The translations under genes and the position numbers were made by a program. A model generated the notes under the pieces. That model did not search any database and was not told the DNA's origin. It was given only the letters and a program-made list of their open reading frames with translations. Source: an uncultured archaeon (lineage in GTDB: Archaea > Asgardarchaeota > Thorarchaeia > Thorarchaeales > Thorarchaeaceae). From it: 64,000 nt of DNA. This document shows positions 1 through 8,937 of the stretch, one piece after another (the stretch's first letter is position 1; every line of letters begins with the position of its first letter). The DNA lies in contig CAZVZC010000004.1 of the NCBI GenBank assembly GCA_964631415.1, positions 17,658-81,657 on the forward strand. The letters run 5' to 3'.

Positions 1-176
1 CAGCCGTCTAGCGGCCCATGTCCCTCTTGTGAGAGTTTCAGGTTTCTCTTGTGTCTTCCTCCGCAATAAGAGTGGGGGTGTGCGCATTAGACTATGGAAC
101 GCTTATTGAACAGAAACCCCACAACCGGTGAGGCACACATGCCCGGCAGTCACCCAGATGCCGAGGCTTTGCGGGT

Positions 177-836
177 TTAATGGCTCGCATTGCCGACAGA
201 CACAAGACTCATTGAGAGCACAACGGGGTTTCGAATCGGCTTTCTCCAGTCGCGTCGCTTCGTCTTATGCTTGCCATCGAACCACTCGACGAAGTCCTGT
301 AGGCTCTTCAAGACCTCACCCGGGTTCTCACCCTCGCCGACACGGAAGACCATGAGCTTCGTCACCACATTGGGTGAAGAATCCCTCATTTCTTCTTGGC
401 ACGACATAGAGATCAGCAACTGGGTTGTGTGTTGATTGAGAGTAGCTGGAAGGAACTCAAGGTTTCTGATCCATTCGGCCACCAAGCCCGCTCTGCCTTG
501 TGACTCAGCGTAAGATGCAAGATCCAGAGAACTGAGCTCCTTGTTCATCTCAATGATATTCTGGGAGATGTAGTAGTGCTGAGAGTATCTCTTGTCTGCC
601 ACTTCCGAGTCCGCCTCCTGTGCAAGCACGCCTGCTTCCGACATCAACGCGAGGCTGCGAAACATGGTCGCTTTGCTCAGACCGGTTGCATTTCTCAGCT
701 CTGCTGGCGTTGTCTTTCCGAACAACATGAGATAGGAGTAAATGGATAGGCAGGAATCAATCTTGATGATCCGACTCATCAGTTCCATTGTTCTCAGCTT
801 GGCCTGCAGCTCTGAGTCCGTGCGGTTCGTCGGAAT
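177..836 (-). CDS. winged-HTH transcriptional regulator (ArsR/TrmB-like)
   Basis: HTH-like segment TTPAELRNATGLSKATMFRSLALMSEAG. Start uncertain: ATT at 836 sits 7 nt after SD GGAGGTG; alternatives are ATG 788 or TTG 896. Confidence 0.75.
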   Translation of the reverse strand: MPTNRTDSELQAKLRTMELMSRIIKIDSCLSIYSYLMLFGKTTPAELRNATGLSKATMFRSLALMSEAGVLAQEADSEVADKRYSQHYYISQNIIEMNKELSSLDLASYAESQGRAGLVAEWIRNLEFLPATLNQHTTQLLISMSCQEEMRDSSPNVVTKLMVFRVGEGENPGEVLKSLQDFVEWFDGKHKTKRRDWRKPIRNPVVLSMSLVSVGNASH

Positions 837-898
837 TGTAGTACACCTCCCAACTTGGGACTGAGATGGTGGACTCCTCCTGGTTGGCGAGTCCAACC

Positions 899-913
899 TA
901 TCTCATGTGTGAG
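899..913. promoter_or_regulatory. imperfect operator TATCTCA-TGTG-TGAG upstream of the regulator
   Basis: Same motif as at 1847-1888, next to a minus-strand TATA-like TTTTTACA (917-924). Confidence 0.55.
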
Positions 914-941
914 CCGTGTAAAAAGCTCACCTACTGTCGCT

Positions 942-1820
942 CTAGCTAGCCGTCCCAATCCTGAGAAGAGCAAACCTTCTGTTGGGGTAGTCGATCACAA
1001 CTTCTAGGTCCCTCATGAAAGGATACCCGATAATGCCGTCACGTATCAGCTCGCCACGGGGCGATACCACCTTCAGGTCGATGACTGCCGCTATTGTGTT
1101 CTTTTGGGTGACCGGACCGACAGTGAGGCTATCGATCTGAACACCATATGCCTGTGCTCTTCCCCCTACGCCTTGGCATCCATCCGCACATCCCCGATTG
1201 GTGGGACTGGCAACTTGAACTGCGGCCACCGCCTGATCTTCAGTGAAACCCAGCTGCTGTGCAATCCGGGGTGTGATTACTGTTCCTCCTGACCCTGTGT
1301 CAACCACAAGATGGAAGGGGCCATTTCCATTGATGTACGTTGGCACGCTTATCAGATGCGAGTCTTCGACGTACTGCAACTCCTGCCAAGATAGGTTCTT
1401 GTCGCGGCGTGAGGTAGCACCCTTCGCCCGCTCCAATTTCATCTTCTTGGCGGGGTAGTTCACTGACATCACGTAGTTCTTCAGGAATGAGTGCCCGATG
1501 ACGCCGGGGGTGAAACAGAAACCCCCCATGGCTGAATCGAAGTCTATGACGAGCACTTCCTCATTCTCAACAACCTCTGTTCCTATTTGCAGTCTGTCAA
1601 CCTTGGCAAATGCAACCGGAACACGACCGCCCCCGACACCGGACACAATCTTCCTGTCACCCTCGTAGGTCCGGATGCTGAGCTCCTCCGCCAGCGATTT
1701 TGAAATCGTTGTCGCAATCGCCCCGGTATCCAGTGTGAAGGTGAAGGGGCCCTGCCCATTCACGAAGACCGGCAGATGCGGATGACCCGACTCAGCACCA
1801 ATGTCAAACTTGATTTCCAT
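942..1820 (-). CDS. tandem-domain retropepsin-like aspartyl protease
   Basis: Two DTG motifs (FTLDTGA, LVVDTGS), each followed by a GxIG..F motif (GVIGHSFL, GIIGYPFM). Confidence 0.9.
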   Translation of the reverse strand: MEIKFDIGAESGHPHLPVFVNGQGPFTFTLDTGAIATTISKSLAEELSIRTYEGDRKIVSGVGGGRVPVAFAKVDRLQIGTEVVENEEVLVIDFDSAMGGFCFTPGVIGHSFLKNYVMSVNYPAKKMKLERAKGATSRRDKNLSWQELQYVEDSHLISVPTYINGNGPFHLVVDTGSGGTVITPRIAQQLGFTEDQAVAAVQVASPTNRGCADGCQGVGGRAQAYGVQIDSLTVGPVTQKNTIAAVIDLKVVSPRGELIRDGIIGYPFMRDLEVVIDYPNRRFALLRIGTAS

Positions 1821-1846
1821 TGCATTTCACCACGTACTCAATACCC

Positions 1847-1888
1847 ATCTCATTGTTGAGATATAATACCTATCTCAGTGATGAGATA
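1847..1888. promoter_or_regulatory. two palindromic operators ATCTCA-N4-TGAGAT overlapping the protease promoter
   Basis: ATCTCA-TTGT-TGAGAT (1847-1862) and TATCTCA-GTGA-TGAGATA (1871-1888). Minus-strand TTAATATA at about 1887-1894 has purine-rich BRE-like GAAAGA upstream. Confidence 0.75.
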
Positions 1889-2015
1889 TATTAAGTCTTT
1901 CTGTCGGAACAGAGCTCCCAGCGCGGTTCAGGTGTAGGAGCGTGTTTCTGGATGGACACCAGTCAGTCCATCTTTGTTTGCATCAATCCTCGCTTGGTCC
2001 GCACGTGCTAAGTCA

Positions 2016-2426
2016 TCAGACGGACACACCATAGTACCACTGGTACCAGTGTTCACTGTCGATGGACGCAACAATGGCCGCAGCTGGGTTTGTGTGGCTG
2101 CTTGACACAACTCGAGGAGGAACAAGGACCATACCTCCAATCGAAGTGTTGAGAAGCTCGAACGATCCATCTAAGAATGTAGTCTTGAAGTGCACACGAA
2201 TCGGAACATCTAGTGGGACTTCCTCTCTATATAGGAACGTGAAGTTTACGGAGTAGAAGAGCACAGAGTACGATGCGTTCATGTTTAGGTCGTACATCTG
2301 TGATTTGTGCCACAATCCCTCGAGCCCATCAATTGTCCTTACGTCAGCAAGAGCCACCACCATCCCTGTGACTAAGTAGGCTATGACAATGACTGCGATG
2401 CCCGATTGTCGTCTATTCAGCCTCAG
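2016..2426 (-). CDS. small exported or membrane-anchored hypothetical protein
   Basis: Frame stays open upstream of ATG 2363 to CTG 2426, adding a basic plus hydrophobic signal-like N-terminus (LRLNRRQSGIAVIVIAYLVTG). Confidence 0.55.
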   Translation of the reverse strand: MRLNRRQSGIAVIVIAYLVTGMVVALADVRTIDGLEGLWHKSQMYDLNMNASYSVLFYSVNFTFLYREEVPLDVPIRVHFKTTFLDGSFELLNTSIGGMVLVPPRVVSSSHTNPAAAIVASIDSEHWYQWYYGVSV

Positions 2427-2471
2427 ACCACTGATCCCCGGTTGTGATTAGGTCAAATAGCTAGATGAACC

Positions 2472-3665
2472 TTACTCACTCCGCAGGTCCTCCTGCTGAC
2501 CAACAGACAAGGACTGTGCCATTCTGGAGAAGAGTGGCATGACAACGAAGATGGAACCTATGACTACTATCGCCGTCAGCGTAAGAAAGTCCGTTCCAAC
2601 GTATCCCGAGGCAAAAGCCTCCCGTGCGATGATAAGTGACATCTCTCCTCTCACAGCCAAGCCGAGTGTCGAACTCAGCAGGATTCTGCCATGCAGCCCC
2701 GCGGCCCGTCCCCCGGCTAGACCTCCGCCCAGCCTTGCACCAATAGCCACGACCAGGATGACGAAGGCCGTTGGCAGAAGGAGTGGAATATCGAAGGGGT
2801 TGATCGCCAGCCCAATACTGGCGAAGAAGACAGCTGTAAAGATGTCCTTCGTCATTCCCAGCTGTTTTTCGAGATTCTCGCCCACAGGCTTGTAGGGAAT
2901 GATGGCGCCCACAATGAAAGCTCCTGTGACAGCGGCTAAGCCCACGGAGGTTGCCGCGAACGCGAAGACCAATCCCAGCCCAAGGAGCACTGGGAAGAGT
3001 GTTTCGTCAGACAGCCGACCCTCAAGCCGAACTATTACACGAGGCAGGAGTTTTCCTCCGAGGAGAACCGACCCGACTATGAATGCGGTCGAGATCAGAC
3101 CGACACCAAGCAGATTGACCGGCACCAGGACACCACTGGCCATGACAGCTAGCGCAACGGTCAGAATGATGAGACCCTCCACATCGTCAAGTACGCATGC
3201 AGTAAGAAGGGTTGAACCGTCTTGGGTTCTTACTAGCTTGTTACTGCTCAACAAGGCTGCCACTACACTTGTTCCGCTCGGTGAGATTACAGCTCCGAGC
3301 AAGAAAGATGTGTTGCTCGGGAAACCCAGAGCCAATCCAACACCGTATCCGCAGACTAGTGAGAGCAACACTCCGACGGTCGTCAGGAGGAAAGCTCTTC
3401 TTCCCATTTTCCAGAAGGCGGATACTTCGAACTCTAGTCCAGTGGTAAAGAGAAGCAGGACAACGCCTAGAACAGCAAGGAAATTGATGGTGGCAAGATC
3501 CGTGACAAGACCAAGTCCTCCAGGGCCACCAATGAATAGCCCGACCAAGATGGCCCCAATCAGGCCGGGGAGGTTCAGCCGCTTGAACACCCCCGATACG
3601 ATGGAACAGACAATTATCAACAGTCCCACTTGGTAGAGTAGGAAGACGGTTTGTTCTCCCGCCAT
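2472..3665 (-). CDS. CPA2-family cation:proton antiporter (KefB/NhaS-like)
   Basis: Polytopic membrane protein with motifs LGVVLLLFTTGLE, ACVLDDVEG, FFASIGL, AVRGEMSLIIA. Confidence 0.9.
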   Translation of the reverse strand: MAGEQTVFLLYQVGLLIIVCSIVSGVFKRLNLPGLIGAILVGLFIGGPGGLGLVTDLATINFLAVLGVVLLLFTTGLEFEVSAFWKMGRRAFLLTTVGVLLSLVCGYGVGLALGFPSNTSFLLGAVISPSGTSVVAALLSSNKLVRTQDGSTLLTACVLDDVEGLIILTVALAVMASGVLVPVNLLGVGLISTAFIVGSVLLGGKLLPRVIVRLEGRLSDETLFPVLLGLGLVFAFAATSVGLAAVTGAFIVGAIIPYKPVGENLEKQLGMTKDIFTAVFFASIGLAINPFDIPLLLPTAFVILVVAIGARLGGGLAGGRAAGLHGRILLSSTLGLAVRGEMSLIIAREAFASGYVGTDFLTLTAIVVIGSIFVVMPLFSRMAQSLSVGQQEDLRSE

Positions 3666-3779
3666 GGGTTGGCAGCGGCTCACCTGGTGCTTAAGGCCCT
3701 TTCTGGAAGTCGAGATGCTCTCCTAATTCCAGTATACAAAGGTGTATATGGCACGGCTCGTTAACTATAGTGAACACAT

Positions 3780-4022
3780 ATGAAGGTAATGAGCAAGACT
3801 ACGAATCTGTCTCCGAAGGAGATCATTGACAGGGCAGAGGCGTTCTTCAATGGGAAGTATGGACTGAAAATGCTTGAGTCCAGCGAATCCTGTTGTGCAT
3901 ATTTCCAGAGTGATATCGGTTTTGTTTCACTTCGGATTGTGACCTTAGGCAAACGTAATGAAGCCATACTGGAAACTCGTGAATGGGACTATCAGATTCA
4001 GGAGTTTCTGAAAACGCTCTAG
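3780..4022 (+). CDS. small hypothetical protein
   Basis: 80-aa ORF filling the gap between genes, protein-like composition, C-terminal ETREWDYQIQEFL. Confidence 0.7.
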   Translation: MKVMSKTTNLSPKEIIDRAEAFFNGKYGLKMLESSESCCAYFQSDIGFVSLRIVTLGKRNEAILETREWDYQIQEFLKTL

Positions 4023-4054
4023 ACAAGATTGCAGGGAAGTTGTTGATAATCCGC

Positions 4055-4999
4055 TCAGGCATGCTTCGGGAAGAACACGCCCAAGTTGCGCGGCAGCATA
4101 TCGAGGTCTTCGAGTATCGAGAGATGCTGTAGTTTCTTCACTGTTTCAGGCGGCAGTTTCTCGCGTGTTACGCCTTCGAGAAGCATAGCGGTTTCTTGCT
4201 CCGAGAACTCCTCTCGGTCCTCAATCCATTTCAGGAACTCCTTGTCGACTGGACATACTCTCTGGCAGCGAAGGCAGCCCTCAATGCAGTTGTGCCACGA
4301 GGGTTTCATCCAAGCAGGAAACGGAATGTCACCCGGCCGCTCATTATGAAAGACGATGCAACGCTCTGCACGTAAGAGGAACCGGTCAGACGGTATGGCA
4401 CCCGTGGGACACGCCTTGCGGCAGACTTCACACGATTCGCAGGCCTTCATCATTGTGGGTTCTTGCCACTTATCCTCGGAACAGGGCATATCAGAGTAGA
4501 CAGCAACAAGTTGGAGAAAGCTTCCCATTCCGGGCACATAGCAGACATTGTTCCGACCGTACTGAGCCAGACCACTTCGCGCCGCCAAGAGTTTGAGCGG
4601 CAGACCTGTCTTTGCCACTCTGTAGCCCTTCTTCTCAAGAATCGTGCCTAACAAGCCCGCAGTCTGTTGCATGATTTCGTCATAGGCTGTATATGTTGGC
4701 GGAAGAATGAGCGATCGCTTCTGTCCGCTCCAAGTGAAAGTGGCTTGAGTCTGCGGCCGAGGAACTGCGACGATGATCAACGACTGAGTGTTTGGCAGTT
4801 GCTCAGGCACCTTGAAGTCGAACCATGCGAGACGTAGCTTGTAGAACTCCCGGTCAAGCTCCTCTCGCTGATAGCGCGACTCAATCTCATCTCGCAGCGA
4901 ACGAACGTGTTCGGCCGATACAGTGCGGACACGATAACCGCGCTCCCTCAGGGGTCGAAACAATAAATCGTCAGTTGGATTCATGCCAAACGACACCAA
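4055..4999 (-). CDS. QueG/reductive-dehalogenase-like 2x[4Fe-4S] protein
   Basis: KLLAARSGLAQYGRNN motif and two cluster motifs, CESCEVCRKACPTGAI and CIEGCLRCQRVCP. Confidence 0.8.
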   Translation of the reverse strand: MVSFGMNPTDDLLFRPLRERGYRVRTVSAEHVRSLRDEIESRYQREELDREFYKLRLAWFDFKVPEQLPNTQSLIIVAVPRPQTQATFTWSGQKRSLILPPTYTAYDEIMQQTAGLLGTILEKKGYRVAKTGLPLKLLAARSGLAQYGRNNVCYVPGMGSFLQLVAVYSDMPCSEDKWQEPTMMKACESCEVCRKACPTGAIPSDRFLLRAERCIVFHNERPGDIPFPAWMKPSWHNCIEGCLRCQRVCPVDKEFLKWIEDREEFSEQETAMLLEGVTREKLPPETVKKLQHLSILEDLDMLPRNLGVFFPKHA

Positions 5000-5129
5000 A
5001 TGCCATCTTATCGACTTGACAGATGAACTTGCCTGCTTAGGAGCAAGTATGCTGGCAGCACATGATTGCAGGATAGCCTAGCAACATCAGCTCTTTCGTC
5101 ACTCGGTATCGTAGTATCAGGTCCATTGA

Positions 5130-5744
5130 CTACCAGCTTCCGAAGTCCTTTTCCTTGCTGTAGTCTCTCTTCAGGGGCTTGCCTGTCAACATGGTGAGGT
5201 ATCTTATCTGTGCCGAGAATTCAACTCCGGTTGCGTTCTGGAGAGCGTCTTCTAGTGTTATTCCCTTGGCGAAGACCCCGTGACTCCTGATAACACATGC
5301 AGGGTAGTTCTTCAGGACAGGAGGTACCTTCTCGGCCGCCTCAGAAGAACCTGAGGGTACATTGAGCTCTACGACTGGTACCTTCTTGTACATGAACATG
5401 CCTTCCGCATCAATGCATGTGATCTCGTCTTCAATGAGCGATAGGACCACGCTGTAGGGAGAATGTGTGTGGACAACAGCCATTGCGTCTGTCTGTTGGT
5501 AGATGGCACGATGTACACCAAGCTCTGTGCTGGCGAGTAACGATGATGAGTCCTCTTTGTTCAAGGAGCATTCAATGAGGTCCTCAGGTTCAAGCCAACC
5601 CAGCATGGCCGCACGCTTCTTGATGATGATTTTCCCTCCAGATCGGATTGAGATGTTGCCAGAATGACTGGATCCCAGATTCCGCATGAGCACCTCCTTT
5701 CCGACCCTCTGAAAGATGCGAAAGGTCTCTTCATCGATTGTCAT
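5130..5744 (-). CDS. class II aldolase/adducin family (fuculose-phosphate aldolase-like)
   Basis: SGNISIR, ASTELGVHRAIY, VVHTHSPY and HG motifs (Zn-binding histidines). Confidence 0.9.
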   Translation of the reverse strand: MTIDEETFRIFQRVGKEVLMRNLGSSHSGNISIRSGGKIIIKKRAAMLGWLEPEDLIECSLNKEDSSSLLASTELGVHRAIYQQTDAMAVVHTHSPYSVVLSLIEDEITCIDAEGMFMYKKVPVVELNVPSGSSEAAEKVPPVLKNYPACVIRSHGVFAKGITLEDALQNATGVEFSAQIRYLTMLTGKPLKRDYSKEKDFGSW

Positions 5745-5756
5745 TCCATTCCACTC

Positions 5757-7577
5757 CTACAGCCTGATGCCAAGCTCCTCCAGCTTTGCTTTGGACGGAG
5801 CACCTGTTCTGTCCCAGTCCCTGAGTCTGTAGTAATCTTCGAGCATTGAGTCCAGTGGCACGGTTCTCCCCTTTGACAGCCCCTCGCTCAGAGGTTCTGT
5901 CAGGAACCGCTTGGGCAGGGTGTCGTCTTTCCTTGATAGTCCGGCCTTGGTGTTGAAGAGTCTCTCAAGGTTGTAGATTCGCTCACCAATCTTCATCAGA
6001 CGAGTGATGTTGAGGTCTTCACCTGTCACAGCAGTCGCAAACCTTGAGTAGAAGTCGAATCCTAGAGCATAGCCTGCGAACTTGCAGACAATGAGACTGT
6101 CCTCGATTGCGCTCTGATGTTGTTTCAGCACTAGAAGGTCAGCCTTGCTGCCTGTGCTGGCACGGGGAATCTTCTTGGGTGCGGCGAAGACCTCCATCGC
6201 CACCAAGTAGCCTGTCAGGTGGCAGCCGCCTCTGTTCGAGGTGGCATAGCCCAGTGCATGGCCAATCGCGCCGCGAGGATCATACGCCGGGAGTTCCATT
6301 CCTTTGACATGTACCGCCGCATCAGGCATACCGTGTTTTGCTGCTAGCCGGGCAGACCCGGACGCCAGCTCTTCTCCGATGCCCCGTCTGTAAGCAATGT
6401 CTTCTATCAAAGGAATCAGGATGTCTTTGTTTCCAAACTGAATCCTATCGTCATTTAGGGCTCCCTTCTCACGGAGCTCCATTGCACAGCTGATAGTTCC
6501 TGCAGTTGAAACAGTGTCCAAGCCGAGAAGGTTGCAGTGATAGTTCGCTTCAGCGACAGTCACCAGATCGAATATACCGGTTAATGTCCCAAGCAGCAGG
6601 GATTCAAACTCAGGACCCTTACCATTCATTGATTGGGTCTTTGTCATCCGACCACAACGAATGGGACAGGCATGACACCCCTCATCCTTCTCGAATATCT
6701 GTTCACGGATTGCTTCCCCGCTGAGGTTCTCAGCTTCATGCGAATAGCCCATCTGGAAGTTCCTGATTCCGAGCATTCCCAGTTCGTTGATCACGTTCAG
6801 CAGGCCTGCGGTTCCAAACATGGGGAGAGATGAGTTCGTGATGGGCGCGACCTTCAACTTGTCTCTCGCAGATTTCACATACGTGATGAGCAGTTCCGGG
6901 TTGTCAATATCCGGCTTCGCCTTCCCGACCTTGATGACGATAGCTTTGAGATTCTTCGCTCCCATGACGGCTCCTGACCCACCTCGGCCAAAAGCGCGGT
7001 GGTTGCCATCGTTCATGATAGACGCGTAGAGGACTCCATTCTCCCCGGCTGGCCCAACCATCAGAGAGTGGAACCTGCCAAGGCCTAGAGATTCAAGTCT
7101 GTTCTGAGTTTCCAGAGTGTCCAGACCCCAGAGGCCCCCACATGGCACAATCTGGGGGTTTTCACCCTCTGAGACCAGCACGTAGCCAGGTTCGTCGAGA
7201 CGCCCGCTCACTATCAGACAGTCATAGCCTGTGCTCTTCAAAGCAGGTCCGACAGAGCCACCTGTGTTGGAGTAGAGGATCAAGCCCGTCAGTGGGGACT
7301 TTGTGACAAGTGAGAAGCGACCACTCGTTGGAACGATTGACCCAGTCAGAGGACCTGTTGCGAAAACAAGACAGTTGTTTGGAGACAGTGGGTCTGTTCG
7401 GGGATTGACCAGAAACGTGAAGAGCTTGACGCCCAGCCCACGACCACCTAAGTAGTCTGTGAGTGTTTCGGCATCTATTGCGGATTCCTCTGATGATTGG
7501 GCCGACAGGTCAACTGACAGCAGCTTGTTGTGCATTCCTTTCATGGTTTCCAGGTTCCCCGCAACTGGCGCACTCAT
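5757..7577 (-). CDS. aor: tungsten aldehyde:ferredoxin oxidoreductase
   Basis: YLGGRGLG, KSPLTG, GRGGSGAVMGAKNLKAI, CHACPIRC, GPEFE, DPRG and NRGGCH motifs; 606 aa. Confidence 0.95.
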   Translation of the reverse strand: MSAPVAGNLETMKGMHNKLLSVDLSAQSSEESAIDAETLTDYLGGRGLGVKLFTFLVNPRTDPLSPNNCLVFATGPLTGSIVPTSGRFSLVTKSPLTGLILYSNTGGSVGPALKSTGYDCLIVSGRLDEPGYVLVSEGENPQIVPCGGLWGLDTLETQNRLESLGLGRFHSLMVGPAGENGVLYASIMNDGNHRAFGRGGSGAVMGAKNLKAIVIKVGKAKPDIDNPELLITYVKSARDKLKVAPITNSSLPMFGTAGLLNVINELGMLGIRNFQMGYSHEAENLSGEAIREQIFEKDEGCHACPIRCGRMTKTQSMNGKGPEFESLLLGTLTGIFDLVTVAEANYHCNLLGLDTVSTAGTISCAMELREKGALNDDRIQFGNKDILIPLIEDIAYRRGIGEELASGSARLAAKHGMPDAAVHVKGMELPAYDPRGAIGHALGYATSNRGGCHLTGYLVAMEVFAAPKKIPRASTGSKADLLVLKQHQSAIEDSLIVCKFAGYALGFDFYSRFATAVTGEDLNITRLMKIGERIYNLERLFNTKAGLSRKDDTLPKRFLTEPLSEGLSKGRTVPLDSMLEDYYRLRDWDRTGAPSKAKLEELGIRL

Positions 7578-7854
7578 CTCGGACCAGTACTAGTCCCAAA
7601 GTGGATGCAATCGCTATCACTTGACTGCTCTATTTTAGTGCTTTCTTTCGCAGGCAGGAATCATTTGGTTCACTTCCTGCGACATCAGTACCTTCATTGC
7701 ATGGTCTTCGGTTTCTGTGAACACTCCACGTTGGTCGAGTCTGCCTTAAGAAACAGTGGAATGTACCTCTTGTCCTCCACTCCCAGCACTGGAGCCTACG
7801 ACCTAATCAGACTGGTTCTACTGTAGCAGAGCTGACAGACTGAATCAAACCAGG

Positions 7855-8748
7855 CTACTCTCGAGGCTTTCCTCGTAGAGCCTGTTTTTCCTTCTCAGAC
7901 ACCATCTCGCCTGTGACGTCAGTTCTGCCCGCTGCCCTCAGTCTTACAAGTGCATGAGGATAGGGATCGAGGTACTCCTCTTCGACGTTCCTCCGAATCG
8001 ATTGATCTATGTCATTGAGTCGTCGATAGATTGTATCTTTCTCATTCTTCGATGTGAATCGAGGGTCAACAATCACGGCCACATGAAAGGAAACCCCCGC
8101 ATCCCATAGTCGCTGCGCGGCAATAAAAGGCAGGTCAACGAACTCACGGTTGCAACCAGTCTTCTCCTCGAAGGGCTCAGGGAGGCCGCCTCTGATTGAC
8201 AGACGAACATGCCCCACCGTGCCATCTGATGGCTTTCTCGATGCATACTGTGCCAGACGTGGAGCGAAGTCTGGTTCCATCGCAAGCACTACTCCATTCG
8301 TTTCAATCACAAACAGGTCGAAGGCACTTGATTCCTGATGAACTAGGTTCAGTATAGCACAGAGGTGGTCGGGGCACAGTGTCGGTTCAGCTCCACTCAC
8401 TCTCGCCCTTCTGAAACCTCTTTCACGCATCACGTTTCGCAAGCGCGCATAGACCTCATTCGGCGAGTAGAAAACGCCGTGACTCTCAGGCCAGTCCCGG
8501 GACCAGTCAACCCAACAGAACACGCAGCGAAAGTTGCACCCGACCGAGTATGCGGTGGCTATACCTCCGTATACGCCCACAGCATAGAAGCTGGTGTACT
8601 TCCTGAGAGGCACCCCATCGACTACTTTGCATACGATTCTTCTGGTATCAAGAGTCAGCTGCTTTGGGTCCATTGGAAACGGAAACTCGAACTCTCCATC
8701 TGGGCCACGCGTCGCGAAGCGCACAGGACCTTGTTCAGACTTCGGCAT
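7855..8748 (-). CDS. archaeal radical SAM protein
   Basis: GCNFRCVFC (CxxxCxxC), RVSGAEPTL, FVIETNG. ATG 8748 follows a purine-rich SD-like stretch. Confidence 0.85.
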   Translation of the reverse strand: MPKSEQGPVRFATRGPDGEFEFPFPMDPKQLTLDTRRIVCKVVDGVPLRKYTSFYAVGVYGGIATAYSVGCNFRCVFCWVDWSRDWPESHGVFYSPNEVYARLRNVMRERGFRRARVSGAEPTLCPDHLCAILNLVHQESSAFDLFVIETNGVVLAMEPDFAPRLAQYASRKPSDGTVGHVRLSIRGGLPEPFEEKTGCNREFVDLPFIAAQRLWDAGVSFHVAVIVDPRFTSKNEKDTIYRRLNDIDQSIRRNVEEEYLDPYPHALVRLRAAGRTDVTGEMVSEKEKQALRGKPRE

Positions 8749-8937
8749 GGAAACCCCTCTGAAACTCCCTCCGCTTGAAACTTGTGGAGCGATTGAAGAT
8801 GCATTTCGCTTCCTTACAACACCTGCTGCCAGCCGAGTCCAGTCCTTCACATCGTCACGTACGTACGCAGGAAAAAAAGTAGGTGAGAAGGGATGCCGCT
8901 AAGCACTCCTCCTCACGATTCGGGTAATGACTTGCTA

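Noticed and set aside
2539-3636. Long plus-strand ORFs (118 and 245 aa) and similar antisense ORFs elsewhere (19532, 21948, 40693, 42484)
   Set aside because: Shadow frames opposite well-supported genes.
7580-7854. Hidden MoaD or selenoprotein upstream of aor
   Set aside because: Minus-strand frames give only short peptides, with no C-terminal GG and no plausible Sec context.
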